Positions 50,570-61,817 of a DNA stretch of 64,000 nt are shown piece after piece. Numbering within the stretch: position 1 is the first letter of the stretch; every line of letters begins with the position of its first letter. The notes under the pieces were generated by a model. The model searched no databases, was not told where the DNA came from, and saw only the letters and a program-made list of their open reading frames with translations. Source of the stretch: Pseudovirgaria hyperparasitica (lineage: Eukaryota); the NCBI GenBank assembly GCA_010093815.1, contig ML996572.1; one strand, 5' to 3'. Position numbers and translations under genes: made by a program.

Positions 50570-50960
50570 GCTACGCTCAGATAGACTAATTTACCCTATT
50601 AAGCGCATTATCCTCGTTCTCATTCTTAACCTCGACTATATCTCTACCTTTGTTAGGTATACTAATAGTATCACTAGATGGACGCTCGTTAAGCTTTGAA
50701 GAGGGTTTGGCGTAACATCTTCTCTAAAAAAACTCTAGAGTACCTTTGAGATAGAGATACGTGGCTATAGGGTAGCTAGTACTATTACTCGAGAGAAGGT
50801 TCTTTTAACTTCTTATTATATCTGAATTAGACTTCTCTATATATAAGTATTACAGGTAACCTAAAACACTGAAAAGAATGCTAATACAAGGCTAATATCG
50901 TATAAAACGAATACATAGTAGTACTTTTGACGATTATATAACTAATGGTTAACTATGATC
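50570..50960. mobile_element. Short AT/TpA-rich patch, probable RIP-mutated repeat relic
   Basis: Local TAG/CTA/TAT excess resembling the RIP block; no recognisable domain or termini. Confidence 0.4.
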
Positions 50961-51438
50961 TCAAATATCATTTACGATGTAGTTCGTAAGCGCGCGGCAT
51001 GGGTGAGCATCGGATGCGAAGCTTTCCCATGTAATTTTGGAAGGAGCAATTCGTAACCGGGCTGAAGCTACGTCGTGCATGCATCGCTATCCGCTATCTA
51101 TAATCACAACGGCACGCCGCACAGTGCGTCCCTGTCGGCGTATGCATGGCTAGTTCCCATGATGGATGGCAAGGTCCAAGATGCATGACCGCAAAAATCG
51201 TCCGGAAACCGCAAATACTCTGGCGAATGATATATATATTTGTCGAGCAGTCTCCCCGTCTATATCGTCTAGTGCGAACATATTGCAGTCAACACTCCAC
51301 CTCGACTCTCAGAAATACCCTCATTATTAAATAAATCTTTGGCTTGCTGTTCGCTTCTACATACTCTGGCCCATAGTTACGATCCAATTCGGCCACTAAC
51401 GCCATCTCATTGATCAAAGTCCTCGACCACTTACCACC

Positions 51439-51846
51439 ATGGCTACAGCAACACGCTACTCCACCATACCCACTGCTACAAACATACACCAATACACTCA
51501 ATCGACAACTATGGATCCACGCACTCCACACTACCCCCTCCTGTCCAACGAAGCAATTATTGCTCTGATGGGACTCTTCATGATGATTATGCTCCCACTC
51601 CTGGGCCTCATCTTCCGCCACAGCGGTATCCGAAACTCACTGAGCCAATCACTCCAGACAGCATGCAACTCGGTCTGGACGCTGTGCAGTCGTCGCCGTG
51701 CAGATGTGCTGACGACACAAGAGGCCTCTGTAGAGCTCTATACTGATCCAGAGCTGCTATTGAGAGCGGAACGGGACGGCTGGACGGAGCTTGCGGAGCT
51801 CAGGGCTATTTGGAAACGGGATGATGAAGGTGGAACGGCCGCGTAG
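51439..51846 (+). CDS. Small hypothetical protein with one transmembrane helix
   Basis: 135-aa ATG ORF containing LSNEAIIALMGLFMMIMLPLLGLIF followed by basic residues. Confidence 0.55.
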   Translation: MATATRYSTIPTATNIHQYTQSTTMDPRTPHYPLLSNEAIIALMGLFMMIMLPLLGLIFRHSGIRNSLSQSLQTACNSVWTLCSRRRADVLTTQEASVELYTDPELLLRAERDGWTELAELRAIWKRDDEGGTAA

Positions 51847-52597
51847 TAAGAGTATGGACTCACGCTTCAGCTTTCACTCGATTTCGAACGCGTAGAAGTT
51901 GGGAAATTGCTGACTTGGGTATTTCGCGTGTATATGGATGGGATATATCATCAACATCCCGCAAGGGGTATCAGACAAAACAAAATATCCTCAACAGGGC
52001 ATGGATGCACCAAAACCATCGATCCGAACGCAACTTGTCACGACCTCACTTAGGTCCTGCTATCGACTCCACACCTCCTGAAACCTTCTTCTCCACGCCA
52101 AGTTCCGGACACTCATCACGAGTATATTTCAAGAGTTAAAAATTTACGACTCTGCCATCCATCCAAGTCATCCACTCGAGATCCTACATCACAACATCCC
52201 TCGTAGCGCTCATGTATCTTGCGCACCTTATTAGCTTGAAGGACATCATCATATGAACTCGACCCTGAGATGGAGCTACACTAGGTCAGTCACATGCCTA
52301 GTAAAACATTAAAAAGGTCTCGCATGGCTAGCCAGTTATCCACGGTCCAGAAGCGAGAGATAAGCATTCTAAGCCTTCAAAGGATTTTGTTCCACAGCCT
52401 TTATTTGGTGGCCACATTCCTTAGTTATGTTCATTATATACTCGCACAACTCAGGACTAGAATTAGAAAAGGCTTCTCTAGCTCGTGCGCCTTCTTGCTT
52501 TCTCTCCTGTTCTAGAAGTGATGTATACCACATACATCCATGCACACACCCATGCACATATCCTGATGCTTACCACCACAACCCCACCAAGCCTTAC

Positions 52598-52785
52598 AAG
52601 CCCTTCAAACCCTCTTAGCCCTTTAAACCCTCTCAGCCCTTTAAACCCTCTAGGCCCTTCAAACCCTCTAGGCCCTTTAAACCTTCTAAGCCCTTCAAAC
52701 CCTCTAAGCCCTTCAAACCCTCTAAGCCCTTCAAACCCTCTAAGCCCTTCAAACCCTCTCAGCCCTTCAAACCCTCTAAGCCCTA
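52598..52785. repeat. 18-bp minisatellite (AAGCCCTTCAAACCCTCT), about 10 copies
   Basis: Visible tandem array with small C/T and A/G variants, followed by (ACACT)n. Confidence 0.93.
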
Positions 52786-54048
52786 CAGCCCACCACACTA
52801 CACTACATTACACTACACTACACCTAGCCCACTAAGCCTCAAACACACTACCACCACATCCACCACCTATACCTTACACCACCACCCCTCTAAGCGCCAT
52901 TACCTCGTGCACTAAACAGCTACCTATATATATATATATATACTAATACTTACATAGATATATCCAACCAACCAACCAACCAATGAAAAGAAAGGAGTAA
53001 CAAACAAACGAACGGACGGAAACTATACACCGATCTGATAGGCATAGTTGACGTAGTTGACGCAGTCAACGGGCATAGGTAGAAGACCTGTCAGCATCAG
53101 AGTAACGAGGCAGGCGGACTGGAGGGATGGGACCTGAGAGTTAAGCCCGGGCGGCGCGGAAGGAGCGGATGCATGGAGTAGGATGTATGATGAATGGAGT
53201 AGGACAGGGGGCTAACAGCAGGACAGGCTTACAAGCTTACAACCAGCTAATCCACGTCCGTGTAACTAAACCGAGGGCTGCAGTACGTGTAACAAGTGGG
53301 TCATCGGCCGTACGAGGCCTCGCCAGCATTAGATAGTGCCGCGTGCCCCCCCTTAGGGGGGCTCTACGACTAGGCAGTAAATGAATAAACTAGCCAACCA
53401 ACCAATCAATACAAGCAGGACAGGCTTACAAGCAGGACAGACATGGAGCAGGACAGACATGCATGCAGTGCAGCAGGATAGACATTCATGCATACATACA
53501 TATATCAACAACATGTATGACCATACAGCATGCACATCCACATCATCGCCATCTGAGTATCTGAGCATCTGAGTATTGTATCTTGAATGTTCTGTCTGTC
53601 TGATTGTGATATTGAGATCTGGCCCAGTTGGACAGAACGTCATATGGGAAATGTGTTCCCCCTCTTCCTCTCCCTCCTCCCTCCTCCCTCCCGGTACGCA
53701 CTCTAGATTGACTCGCCTGCTGACTATCTCTCTCTCTCTCTCTCGCTCACAAAGTGTTCGTCGTCACACATACGATGCCCTGCCATGCCATACCATACCA
53801 AACCAAACCATACATAAACAATCATGTCATGTCGTTACAAGAAAAGGGTGTCTTGTCATGCGGAAAACGCTATGATCGCTCAAAAAGACAAAGAAATGAG
53901 GTCCCGCCCAACCGCAACCAGTATATAATTCCGTGGACCGCCGACACAATGATAATACTCGTACATATCAACCCAGCAAAACAATGTTTCCGAAACATTT
54001 TCAAAAAATGTCAACCCCTTCCTATACACGACAAAGTATAGCCAGAAT

Positions 54049-57000
54049 CTAATTATAAGCGTCCCGAATCTTCGCGTATAGCGCCGTGTCCAGGAAGTTG
54101 TAGTGCGGATCGCTGAAGCAGAAGGGCGCGCGCAACAGCGTCTCCGCCGTCGGCCTCTCCATAGTGTTAATTGTGAAGCAATCGTACATGAAGCTCAGAG
54201 CCTGCGGCGTGATCTGGGAGCTCACATCGTCTGGAATCGGCGGTGCTTGGTTCAAGGATCCAAGCTTGTAGATGGCACCAATAGCCTCCTCCTTGGACCA
54301 GGGTCGACGACCAGCAAACATCTCGAGCACGACGCAGCCGAGAGACCAGATGTCTATTTTGGCTGAATACCCTTCGCCTTGGGCGCGGATGACCTCCGGG
54401 GCCATCCAGAAGACAGAACCTTGCATGGAATTCGAGACGTCGTTGCCGTAAATGTTATCTGTTTTCTTTGAGATGCCAAAGTCGGAAATCTTACAAGTCC
54501 CGTCGAGGTCGAGCAGGATGTTATCAGCTTTGAGGTCGCGATGCAAGATGCCTTGGCCGTGGAGATATGCAAGCCCGAGGAGGGTTTGGCGAGTGAGACT
54601 AGAAACTATCTTCTCTTCGAAACGGCCGTGTTTGCGCAGACAAGAGCCGACGCTGCCACCAGAGATATACTCGAGGAAGATGGAAATGGACATTTCCTTG
54701 CGCTCGCATCCAAGGTATTGCACGATGTTAGGATGGTCGAGATGTTGCATCGTGTCGATCTCAATGTCGAGTGACTTCACGAGCTCGCGCATCTTCTCCT
54801 TGTCTTGACCTGCAGCTTGCTGTTTGACTTCGACTTGTTTGACGGCAAGAAGTTCACCGGTGGTCAAGTTCATGCCGAGGTACACGCGACCAAACGTGCC
54901 TTTGCCAATGAGTTGACCCTTGACCCATTTGAAGGTCTGCTGGCGTTGTGGAACAGGAATCTGATCTTGCGGGATTGTATCGAGTGGAATCAACTTACTC
55001 TGTCGTGAAGGCTTGACCTGCTCAATCTTGGCGTTGAACATTTTCGTGCTCTTCCGACGCGTGATATCTCCAGACTTGATAGTGCTGATCCTCGCTGGTC
55101 CTGGCATGGACCTCTTGTCAGGGTGCTGGTATGCGCCCTTCACAACCTCACGGATGGACTTTGATCTGTTCAACCCACCCGAACGACGAATATTGCGCTG
55201 CGCCACTGTCTTGTAAGTATCGCCCCTCTTGAGTGTAGACTCGTTTGAGCCCAGCACGTCGCCCTCGTCATCAGCGGATGACATTGGCGTCGTCGCGCGG
55301 CTGACGTTTGTCGAAGACTTATTGCTAGCTTCTGCTCCACCTCCGAGCGGCGAGCTGGGTGGTGAATTGACCTCGTCTTCGATGGATTGATCGAGATTGA
55401 CGTTGGGAAAGAACTCGTCGAGATGCTCTACAAGCGCTTCAGCCGGAGGTCTGTTGGCCCATATGTTTTGTGTAAATGTTGAGCCGCGTCGACCGAAATC
55501 CGGCTCTTCGTGTGGTGTATCGATACTGCTTGATGGAAGGGCGGACTGTTTTGACTCTATCTCGGTACCGTCTGTAGAAGCACTCTTAGTCAAGGCAGTC
55601 CTCTCGGGAGATTCAAATGCCAGTTTGGATTTTGATGTTTCCAATGTCAAAGATGGTCTTTGGCTCGAGAAATCATCAGCCATGGCAGCCTTGCTCTTGG
55701 ATGGTGTTGGTGGCATTGTCTTGGCCGTCTTGGCGAGTGGCATGGCAAAAAGACCGTCATCAGACTCCTCGTCCGAATCCGACAAGTCATCGGTCGAGTT
55801 TGTGGCAAAAGGAACATGAGACTCCTGAAAATCAATGGTGCCGACGTAGTGTGAGATGCGGGACGACTCGCGTGACAGCGCATTTCTTGGCGGATGCGAT
55901 GAAGAGGGACTTATATCTGGTGTACGTAACCTGGGTTGGGGCTCTCTGAGCCTGGCGACAGTTGGATTGGGCTGCGTCTGCAAAGTAAGGGCGGGCTTGC
56001 TGTCTAAAGCTAGGTCTTCTGGAAAATCATCTTCATAGTCAGGAATCTTGAACGCAACATTTCCTTTGCTCATGGTGAAGCCGGGACTACGAGGAGACCC
56101 ACCTGGACTCGTGCCTCTTGCAGATGCACTCTGTGAGTTGTATTCGATCGATGCCAATGCCCCAGGGCGTCTTGACTTGGCGGATGTCTCCTCCCGTGAT
56201 TGTGACGAGGATGGTCTGGAATTGTTTTTGGCTCGTTCTGGAGCTCCGACAAGCGCCCCAACATTTCCTGCGCCAGCCAGTGCGGCACTAATATGGCTGA
56301 GGCCTGCGACGCTTGATGGGATTGCTTTTCGACGGTTGGGGTCAATCGAGGCGGCAGAATCACCGGATTTTCGATTCTCCGAGCTACCGCTGCTACGCTT
56401 AGTCAACGAGTTCGCCTTGATGAGAGTGCTGGAATCTGGTGGCACCGGTGGTGGCTCCCTCTGTGGTACCAGCTTCTTCTTCGTCCTGGCTTCCTCAGAT
56501 GGTTTCTGGCTGTCTTCGTATGGCGAGTCTCGTCGCTCGTCAAAATTGATGATACCCGGACCTCTGATTCCTGGAGAATCTATGGTCGACTCTCTCTTTA
56601 ACTTCTGCCGACGCTCTTGGAGGTAGTGATCCTGTTTGCGCTGCGCCTCTTGTCGGTAGCGCTCGGATTCGGCGGAAAGATCGCGACGCTCCACTTCTGT
56701 CCATTCTCTCTCTTCGCCAACGTCCCAAGTGCGATCCGTCTTTGAACGCGCGCTCGAGGGCTCGGCGGATATGTCACCATTCTTACCCAAGTTCGATCGC
56801 AGGACCTTATTTTCTGGCACCAGAGTCGACTCACCGGAGCGTGTTCCGCTTGGAGAGTCAGGATCGTGAGTACCCCTGACACGATTGAAAAGAGCGTCAT
56901 CGCGCGGCTTTTCAAAAGTAGCCCGACCGAACGGTGATGTAAGCCCCCCATGAGCAAACGCAAGACCGGAACCTGCCGAGTGTGGGAAGTAGTTCGGAGC

Positions 57001-59166
57001 GCTGACCAGAATCTTGAGTCCTGAAACTGGATCTCCATGTGACTCGCGATAGCGGAGAAGCTTCTTATCGGACAAAGGGTCATCGTGCTCTGTTTGACCG
57101 GGCGAGGTTAGGTAGTAGGATACGTCCATTGTGAATGGAATCCCAAGGCCATCACAGATTGCCTCCTTCATTGCGGAAGCGGATTGGCAATCCGTGATAT
57201 CGATCAGGCGGTAGTTCCACCCATCGGGTGTGACGAATGCGAACCTACGTGGTTCAATGTCTCTGTTCTTGGAGCGTGTTCTAGAAATGCCCTTGTCCTC
57301 CGAACGATTTGAGGTGGGCCGATCGTTCAGCGAGACGTCGCTGGAGTTCTTGAGGAAAGAAGAACCGTATGGCGTAGTTCGCGCCTGATTAGGGCTCGAC
57401 TCGCCATCTAGACTCGATTCGTCCGGCGATGGCTCTGCCGGCTTATTTCGCCGGCTGAAAATCTTCTGCAATGAAAATTTATGTTGACTGGTAGCACTGG
57501 GTAGCTCGTTGCTCATGGATTGTTCCATCGGGTGCGAGGTAGGGTGGCCATTTCTGTGATCCTTGCTAGCCTTTGCCGACGTCGGGCCTCCAGCTAGGTT
57601 TTGGGTGACTACAGGGTTAGATTCGGAGCTGTTGCGACGATTGGGTTGGTAGTAACGGTTGGAGGGCGCACCATTACTGCTGTTGTTCTGCAATCGCACT
57701 GCGGTCAAGCCTGGGCTCTGCTGTGGGCTTGCAGACTTGAGCTGGTCACGATGATTGAACGAGCCACCTGCGCTATGGTCACCAGAGCCGCTTGGGCTCT
57801 GAGGCTTGGGCCATGGTCCAAGGTTTTTTTCTCCAAGAATCCTGAGAGCCTTATCAGGTATCCCTCCCTGTCTCTTGTCGCCCTTCCTCAAACCCGACGA
57901 AGCATCCTCGAAATCACTCGACTGTTGACTTTGATGGTTTGATGGCGTGCTGACATTGCGCTGTTGGGTTGAATAGCGGCGAACGATTCCTGCGGGCGAC
58001 TGGCCCGGAGCTGGCATACCAAATCCAGGACTTTGTTCGCCGTCTCCAGCAGTTGTAGGGGTAAAGTTTTGATTTCTCAGATTTGGCGAGTTCTCTAGGG
58101 TGCCGTCAGTACCAGCACTGGTCAGATACTGAGAAGTTTGTCGGCCCGGGATTCTGATGTGGCTTTGTGGAGTGTTTTCCACAATGCTCCTTACGAGCCT
58201 CCGCAAACGTCGACCCTCATGTCTCTCCCGTTCTTGATCCCAGCCGGTGCCACTCGAGGTACACTGCTGCGCTAGCTTGGGGTAGAGCACCTGATGCATC
58301 ATCGCAACGTTCGTCTTTGAACCATGCCCTCGTCCAATCTCCAAGAACTGTGCGCCGAATAGATTCATGTGTTTGAACGTCTCTTGCCAATCCCTTGAAA
58401 AGTCGTTTTCAATGAGTAATTGAACCACTCGGTCCATAGGCCATTCAGCCCCTTGACCTGAAGGTGAAACTGGTGTGTTTCCTTGGCGTGCTGTGCTGTC
58501 ATTCCTACGTGGGTGGAGCACATAGGTGGGTTGCCGATGAGGCTGTGGATTCGAAACGGTGGCAGTGGGAGGACCCGAAGACTGATAATTTTGAGCAAGG
58601 CCAACGTTGATTGGCATGCGCGAATTCGAGGGGTGCGAGGGTGGCGTCGGTGGAACATTATTGTAGGACCGGTTGTCACCGTTGTAAAAGTCTGGGGTGG
58701 TAATAGTGGTGTCTGCAGTATTGGGTGTGCCACCTGTATTCCTGGAGCTGTCTGTGTTTGCGGAGTAGTCCTCCCGGAAATAAGTAGGATCCTGGTATCT
58801 AGAGGGTGTGTGTAAGGGTGGAATGCCAACACCAGGCCCAAAGGACTCCCCGTACGGAATGTAGGTTGCAGATGTTAACGGCTGTTGCTCTGGCGGAGGC
58901 GGCGGGGGTGGGAATTGGTTGTGTTGATAGTTGGAGAACAATTGAGGGTTGTACGTCTGGCCTTGTGGGTATGTTGGCCGCTGCTGATTCCAGTAGGCAG
59001 TTTGTGGAGGGGGTGGAAGCATTCCATGCGATGTGCCTCCAAGTTGACGAGGAGGCGGAGGAGGGATGTGTATACCAATCGGAGGACCGGGTGTGGCTGT
59101 TGGAGGAGGAGGTCCTGGAGGAGGAGGGAGGTATTGCCTCCCTGCATCTGGTGGATAATGCTGCAT
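54049..59166 (-). CDS. BCK1: MAP kinase kinase kinase of the cell wall integrity pathway (Bck1/Mkh1/Mck1)
   Basis: C-terminal STE11-family kinase (WVKGQLIGKGTFGRVY, LAVKQV, HRDLKADNILLDLDGTCKISDFGISKK, MQGSVFWMAPEV), WANRPPAEALVEHLDEFFP block, SAM-like and RA-like regions. First ATG at 59166; single uninterrupted ORF. Confidence 0.95.
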   Translation of the reverse strand: MQHYPPDAGRQYLPPPPGPPPPTATPGPPIGIHIPPPPPRQLGGTSHGMLPPPPQTAYWNQQRPTYPQGQTYNPQLFSNYQHNQFPPPPPPPEQQPLTSATYIPYGESFGPGVGIPPLHTPSRYQDPTYFREDYSANTDSSRNTGGTPNTADTTITTPDFYNGDNRSYNNVPPTPPSHPSNSRMPINVGLAQNYQSSGPPTATVSNPQPHRQPTYVLHPRRNDSTARQGNTPVSPSGQGAEWPMDRVVQLLIENDFSRDWQETFKHMNLFGAQFLEIGRGHGSKTNVAMMHQVLYPKLAQQCTSSGTGWDQERERHEGRRLRRLVRSIVENTPQSHIRIPGRQTSQYLTSAGTDGTLENSPNLRNQNFTPTTAGDGEQSPGFGMPAPGQSPAGIVRRYSTQQRNVSTPSNHQSQQSSDFEDASSGLRKGDKRQGGIPDKALRILGEKNLGPWPKPQSPSGSGDHSAGGSFNHRDQLKSASPQQSPGLTAVRLQNNSSNGAPSNRYYQPNRRNSSESNPVVTQNLAGGPTSAKASKDHRNGHPTSHPMEQSMSNELPSATSQHKFSLQKIFSRRNKPAEPSPDESSLDGESSPNQARTTPYGSSFLKNSSDVSLNDRPTSNRSEDKGISRTRSKNRDIEPRRFAFVTPDGWNYRLIDITDCQSASAMKEAICDGLGIPFTMDVSYYLTSPGQTEHDDPLSDKKLLRYRESHGDPVSGLKILVSAPNYFPHSAGSGLAFAHGGLTSPFGRATFEKPRDDALFNRVRGTHDPDSPSGTRSGESTLVPENKVLRSNLGKNGDISAEPSSARSKTDRTWDVGEEREWTEVERRDLSAESERYRQEAQRKQDHYLQERRQKLKRESTIDSPGIRGPGIINFDERRDSPYEDSQKPSEEARTKKKLVPQREPPPVPPDSSTLIKANSLTKRSSGSSENRKSGDSAASIDPNRRKAIPSSVAGLSHISAALAGAGNVGALVGAPERAKNNSRPSSSQSREETSAKSRRPGALASIEYNSQSASARGTSPGGSPRSPGFTMSKGNVAFKIPDYEDDFPEDLALDSKPALTLQTQPNPTVARLREPQPRLRTPDISPSSSHPPRNALSRESSRISHYVGTIDFQESHVPFATNSTDDLSDSDEESDDGLFAMPLAKTAKTMPPTPSKSKAAMADDFSSQRPSLTLETSKSKLAFESPERTALTKSASTDGTEIESKQSALPSSSIDTPHEEPDFGRRGSTFTQNIWANRPPAEALVEHLDEFFPNVNLDQSIEDEVNSPPSSPLGGGAEASNKSSTNVSRATTPMSSADDEGDVLGSNESTLKRGDTYKTVAQRNIRRSGGLNRSKSIREVVKGAYQHPDKRSMPGPARISTIKSGDITRRKSTKMFNAKIEQVKPSRQSKLIPLDTIPQDQIPVPQRQQTFKWVKGQLIGKGTFGRVYLGMNLTTGELLAVKQVEVKQQAAGQDKEKMRELVKSLDIEIDTMQHLDHPNIVQYLGCERKEMSISIFLEYISGGSVGSCLRKHGRFEEKIVSSLTRQTLLGLAYLHGQGILHRDLKADNILLDLDGTCKISDFGISKKTDNIYGNDVSNSMQGSVFWMAPEVIRAQGEGYSAKIDIWSLGCVVLEMFAGRRPWSKEEAIGAIYKLGSLNQAPPIPDDVSSQITPQALSFMYDCFTINTMERPTAETLLRAPFCFSDPHYNFLDTALYAKIRDAYN

Positions 59167-61817
59167 CTTGAGTGCTAGATATGGTCGCTTCGCGATGTGG
59201 TGGCTAGTTTTCTTGGTGCGAATGTTCGAGGTGGTCACTATATCGAGTCACGGCAGTACTATAAAGAACGGACCAGAAACAGGTCGAGAACTGCGCAGCC
59301 GTTGATCAGATGGCAGCCTGCGTCAGATTTCATAACGCGCGCGGCGCATATGAAGAAGGGCGATTGACACCTCAAATTGATGACATGCGACAATCCATTA
59401 TTGCACGGCGGAACAAGTAGACAAAGATATCCTCTCACTGCGTGTCTGCCACGTCTTGCCAGTCTCTCTTCTCACAACACTTTTCAGGGTCCAGTATGCT
59501 CGGTGTGGGCGTGAAGAAGTCGAAGATATCGCAGAATGGCAGTGGAAATGCGGGTGCGCCGGTGGTGAAGCGGTAAAAGGATGAGGACCGAAGGATAACG
59601 AGCGGCTACTGCTGAGAGGGCAATGATCACTCGGATCTGGAGACAGCGAAGGTATGCTAGGTATACTACAGACACACAAGATCAGCATGAGGCAGACAGG
59701 CTCTTGAAAATATGGATATGGCAGCGCTGTGGAGCGATTGGGGCGGAGGAGCCTACTCACCGAAGCGCAATGACGGACGGGCAGATGAGAAAGTGGCGAT
59801 GCAGTAAAGTCGCGAAAAAACACACACACACAAACACACACAAAGATGGAAGAGGACTGCAAGGTGATAGTAGAGATGGTGAAAAGGAAACAGAAGAGGA
59901 GGCGGCAGAGAAGTGGAGAGAGGTGTAGGCGTTGGTAGGTGATTGGGACGGACGAGGATCTAGTGCAAAGTAAAAGGTAGGTTGGGGTTATTACTAGTTA
60001 GCAGGAGGAGGAGGAAGAGGAGAAGCTGATGAATGCGGATGGAAGTGTGTAGGTGAGGGCTGATGAGTTGCTGTGAGTGGTGGTGGTGGGTGTGCAGCTT
60101 TGTGCTTTGGGCGCTAATAACTGCTGCAGCTGTGGCATGGCATGGCATGGCACCAGGCATGGGAACCCACCTGCACCCACTCAGACTCCCCACCCCCCAT
60201 GTGGCATCCGACTTGGCCTAGGTAATGATTAATTCGGGGTAGAGGGCATCTCTTCATATCATCAACTTCCATGTATCGTCCGCATGAGACAGTTGGGATG
60301 GAGAGATGTCGTCTCTCCTTGGTAGACCGACCAACAGACCTGAGGCATCTTTGCGAGTGCCTGTTGTTGTGCGTAGGGAGATTGAAGCAAGTGATAGGGT
60401 GAATAGTCCTCGCGAACATGGTGGTGTGCGCACTATCAAATGTCCCTTGACAATTGTAGTTATGTAGCGACATGCAAGACAGGGTTGATGCCAGTCTGCA
60501 GTGCGGCATGTGCGTCTGTCACAGCATCCGTGTTGTCGCTATCAATACCGATCGGATCGTATATTAGGATGTAGAGGTTCAAGGGGATTTCGGTTGTCGT
60601 ATGCAGAGTGATTTGGGGTTTACCGTGTCAAGGCAAGGGGCTGAATGAATAGATGAAGGCGTGTGTGGGTGTGTTTGTTGTGCGTAGAGCAGGACGCCAG
60701 CAAAATTACCATTTCGGGCCTCGCGATGAGCCTAGATAATAGTAACAGCCAATAACGGCTGTAACGGCGGGAGGGTTATTAGGTTATTAGCGATATATCC
60801 TACTGTAGTTAGCATAGCAGTGCAGCGTACCGGGCGCCATAACTAGGGGCTTCTGCGAAAGCCACACAAACTTAGCTAAGCCGTGCCCGGCCACATGAGG
60901 ATGGATATACCGTGATTAATTAGTACTAAGGAAGGTGTGTGTAATTACTGTATATTCAACATCGCCTTGAATGGTAGAAAGTGATTAATCAATTCTGAGT
61001 AGACAAGATCCAAGTCCGCCGTGCGCATCGCCGGCGCCTATGGGCCTGTCCTGTCCTGTGGTTGTGCGTTTGTGCCTGTCTGTGCCTATCTGTGCCTGTC
61101 TGTGCCTGTCTGTTTATGCTTTGTACCCGTGCTTGTATGTGCTGATGCCCGTGCCTGTATGTGCCTGGGTGTGTCCAGTGTCTCTGGCGCGCTGACAGCC
61201 CGTGGCCATGCCTGTGCGTGTGTGCGTGTGCGTGTCTGTGCCACTGCCACTTCCCCCCGGCCCGTTTCTCGTTTCTGTGTGCACAGACAACGAAGCCGCC
61301 AGATTGTCGAGGGTCGGTCGAACCGTCGAGGCCATCGGTTCATCCATGCCCTGGATGGATTACATAAGCTATCTTTTATTGCTTACTACTCCACCTGGGC
61401 AGATCCGAAGCATCTCTTGGCTGTGTTTCGTGTCTAGGACTCTATTAGGCTGCGTCGCGTCTTCCCTCTCGTATCTGGTGCCTGCACAACACATCACAAC
61501 TATTATGCTACTGTATATCAAAATCATATCACTGGTAATTCGCCTCAACATGCTTTCACTGCTAGTCCAAGCCCGTAATCGTCTCTACAATCCATCCTCT
61601 TCCGTCGTCTTCCGCGCGCTTTTCGCCGATGGAGGCCTCAAGCCCAATTCGATAAATACCTATGACCTCATACCCTCGCCCCTCTACCCAGTAGTCTCTA
61701 CATAGGTAGCTATCTTAGCTATCTAGCTTGCATCAACTCCCACGTTCTACGTTTGCCCTTCCAAGACTTCAATTCGTCAGTCCTGCACTTGAACTTCTTT
61801 CCTCATATCTGGCAGCC

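Noticed and set aside
48464..52785. CRISPR-like appearance of the tandem arrays
   Set aside because: Units are contiguous without unique spacers, and the DNA is eukaryotic.
52478..52835. ORFs with SPSNPL or GLRGFE repeats; resemblance to telomeric CCCTAA or collagen
   Set aside because: Explained by the 18-bp minisatellite; there are no true TTAGGG arrays and no independent coding evidence.
53345..53362. GCCCCCCCTTAGGGGGGC hairpin
   Set aside because: Isolated low-complexity palindrome with no supporting context.
59240..61800. Multiple short ORFs between BCK1 and PDC
   Set aside because: Low-complexity (GT/CA-rich) divergent promoter and UTR sequence without recognisable domains or splice-supported models.
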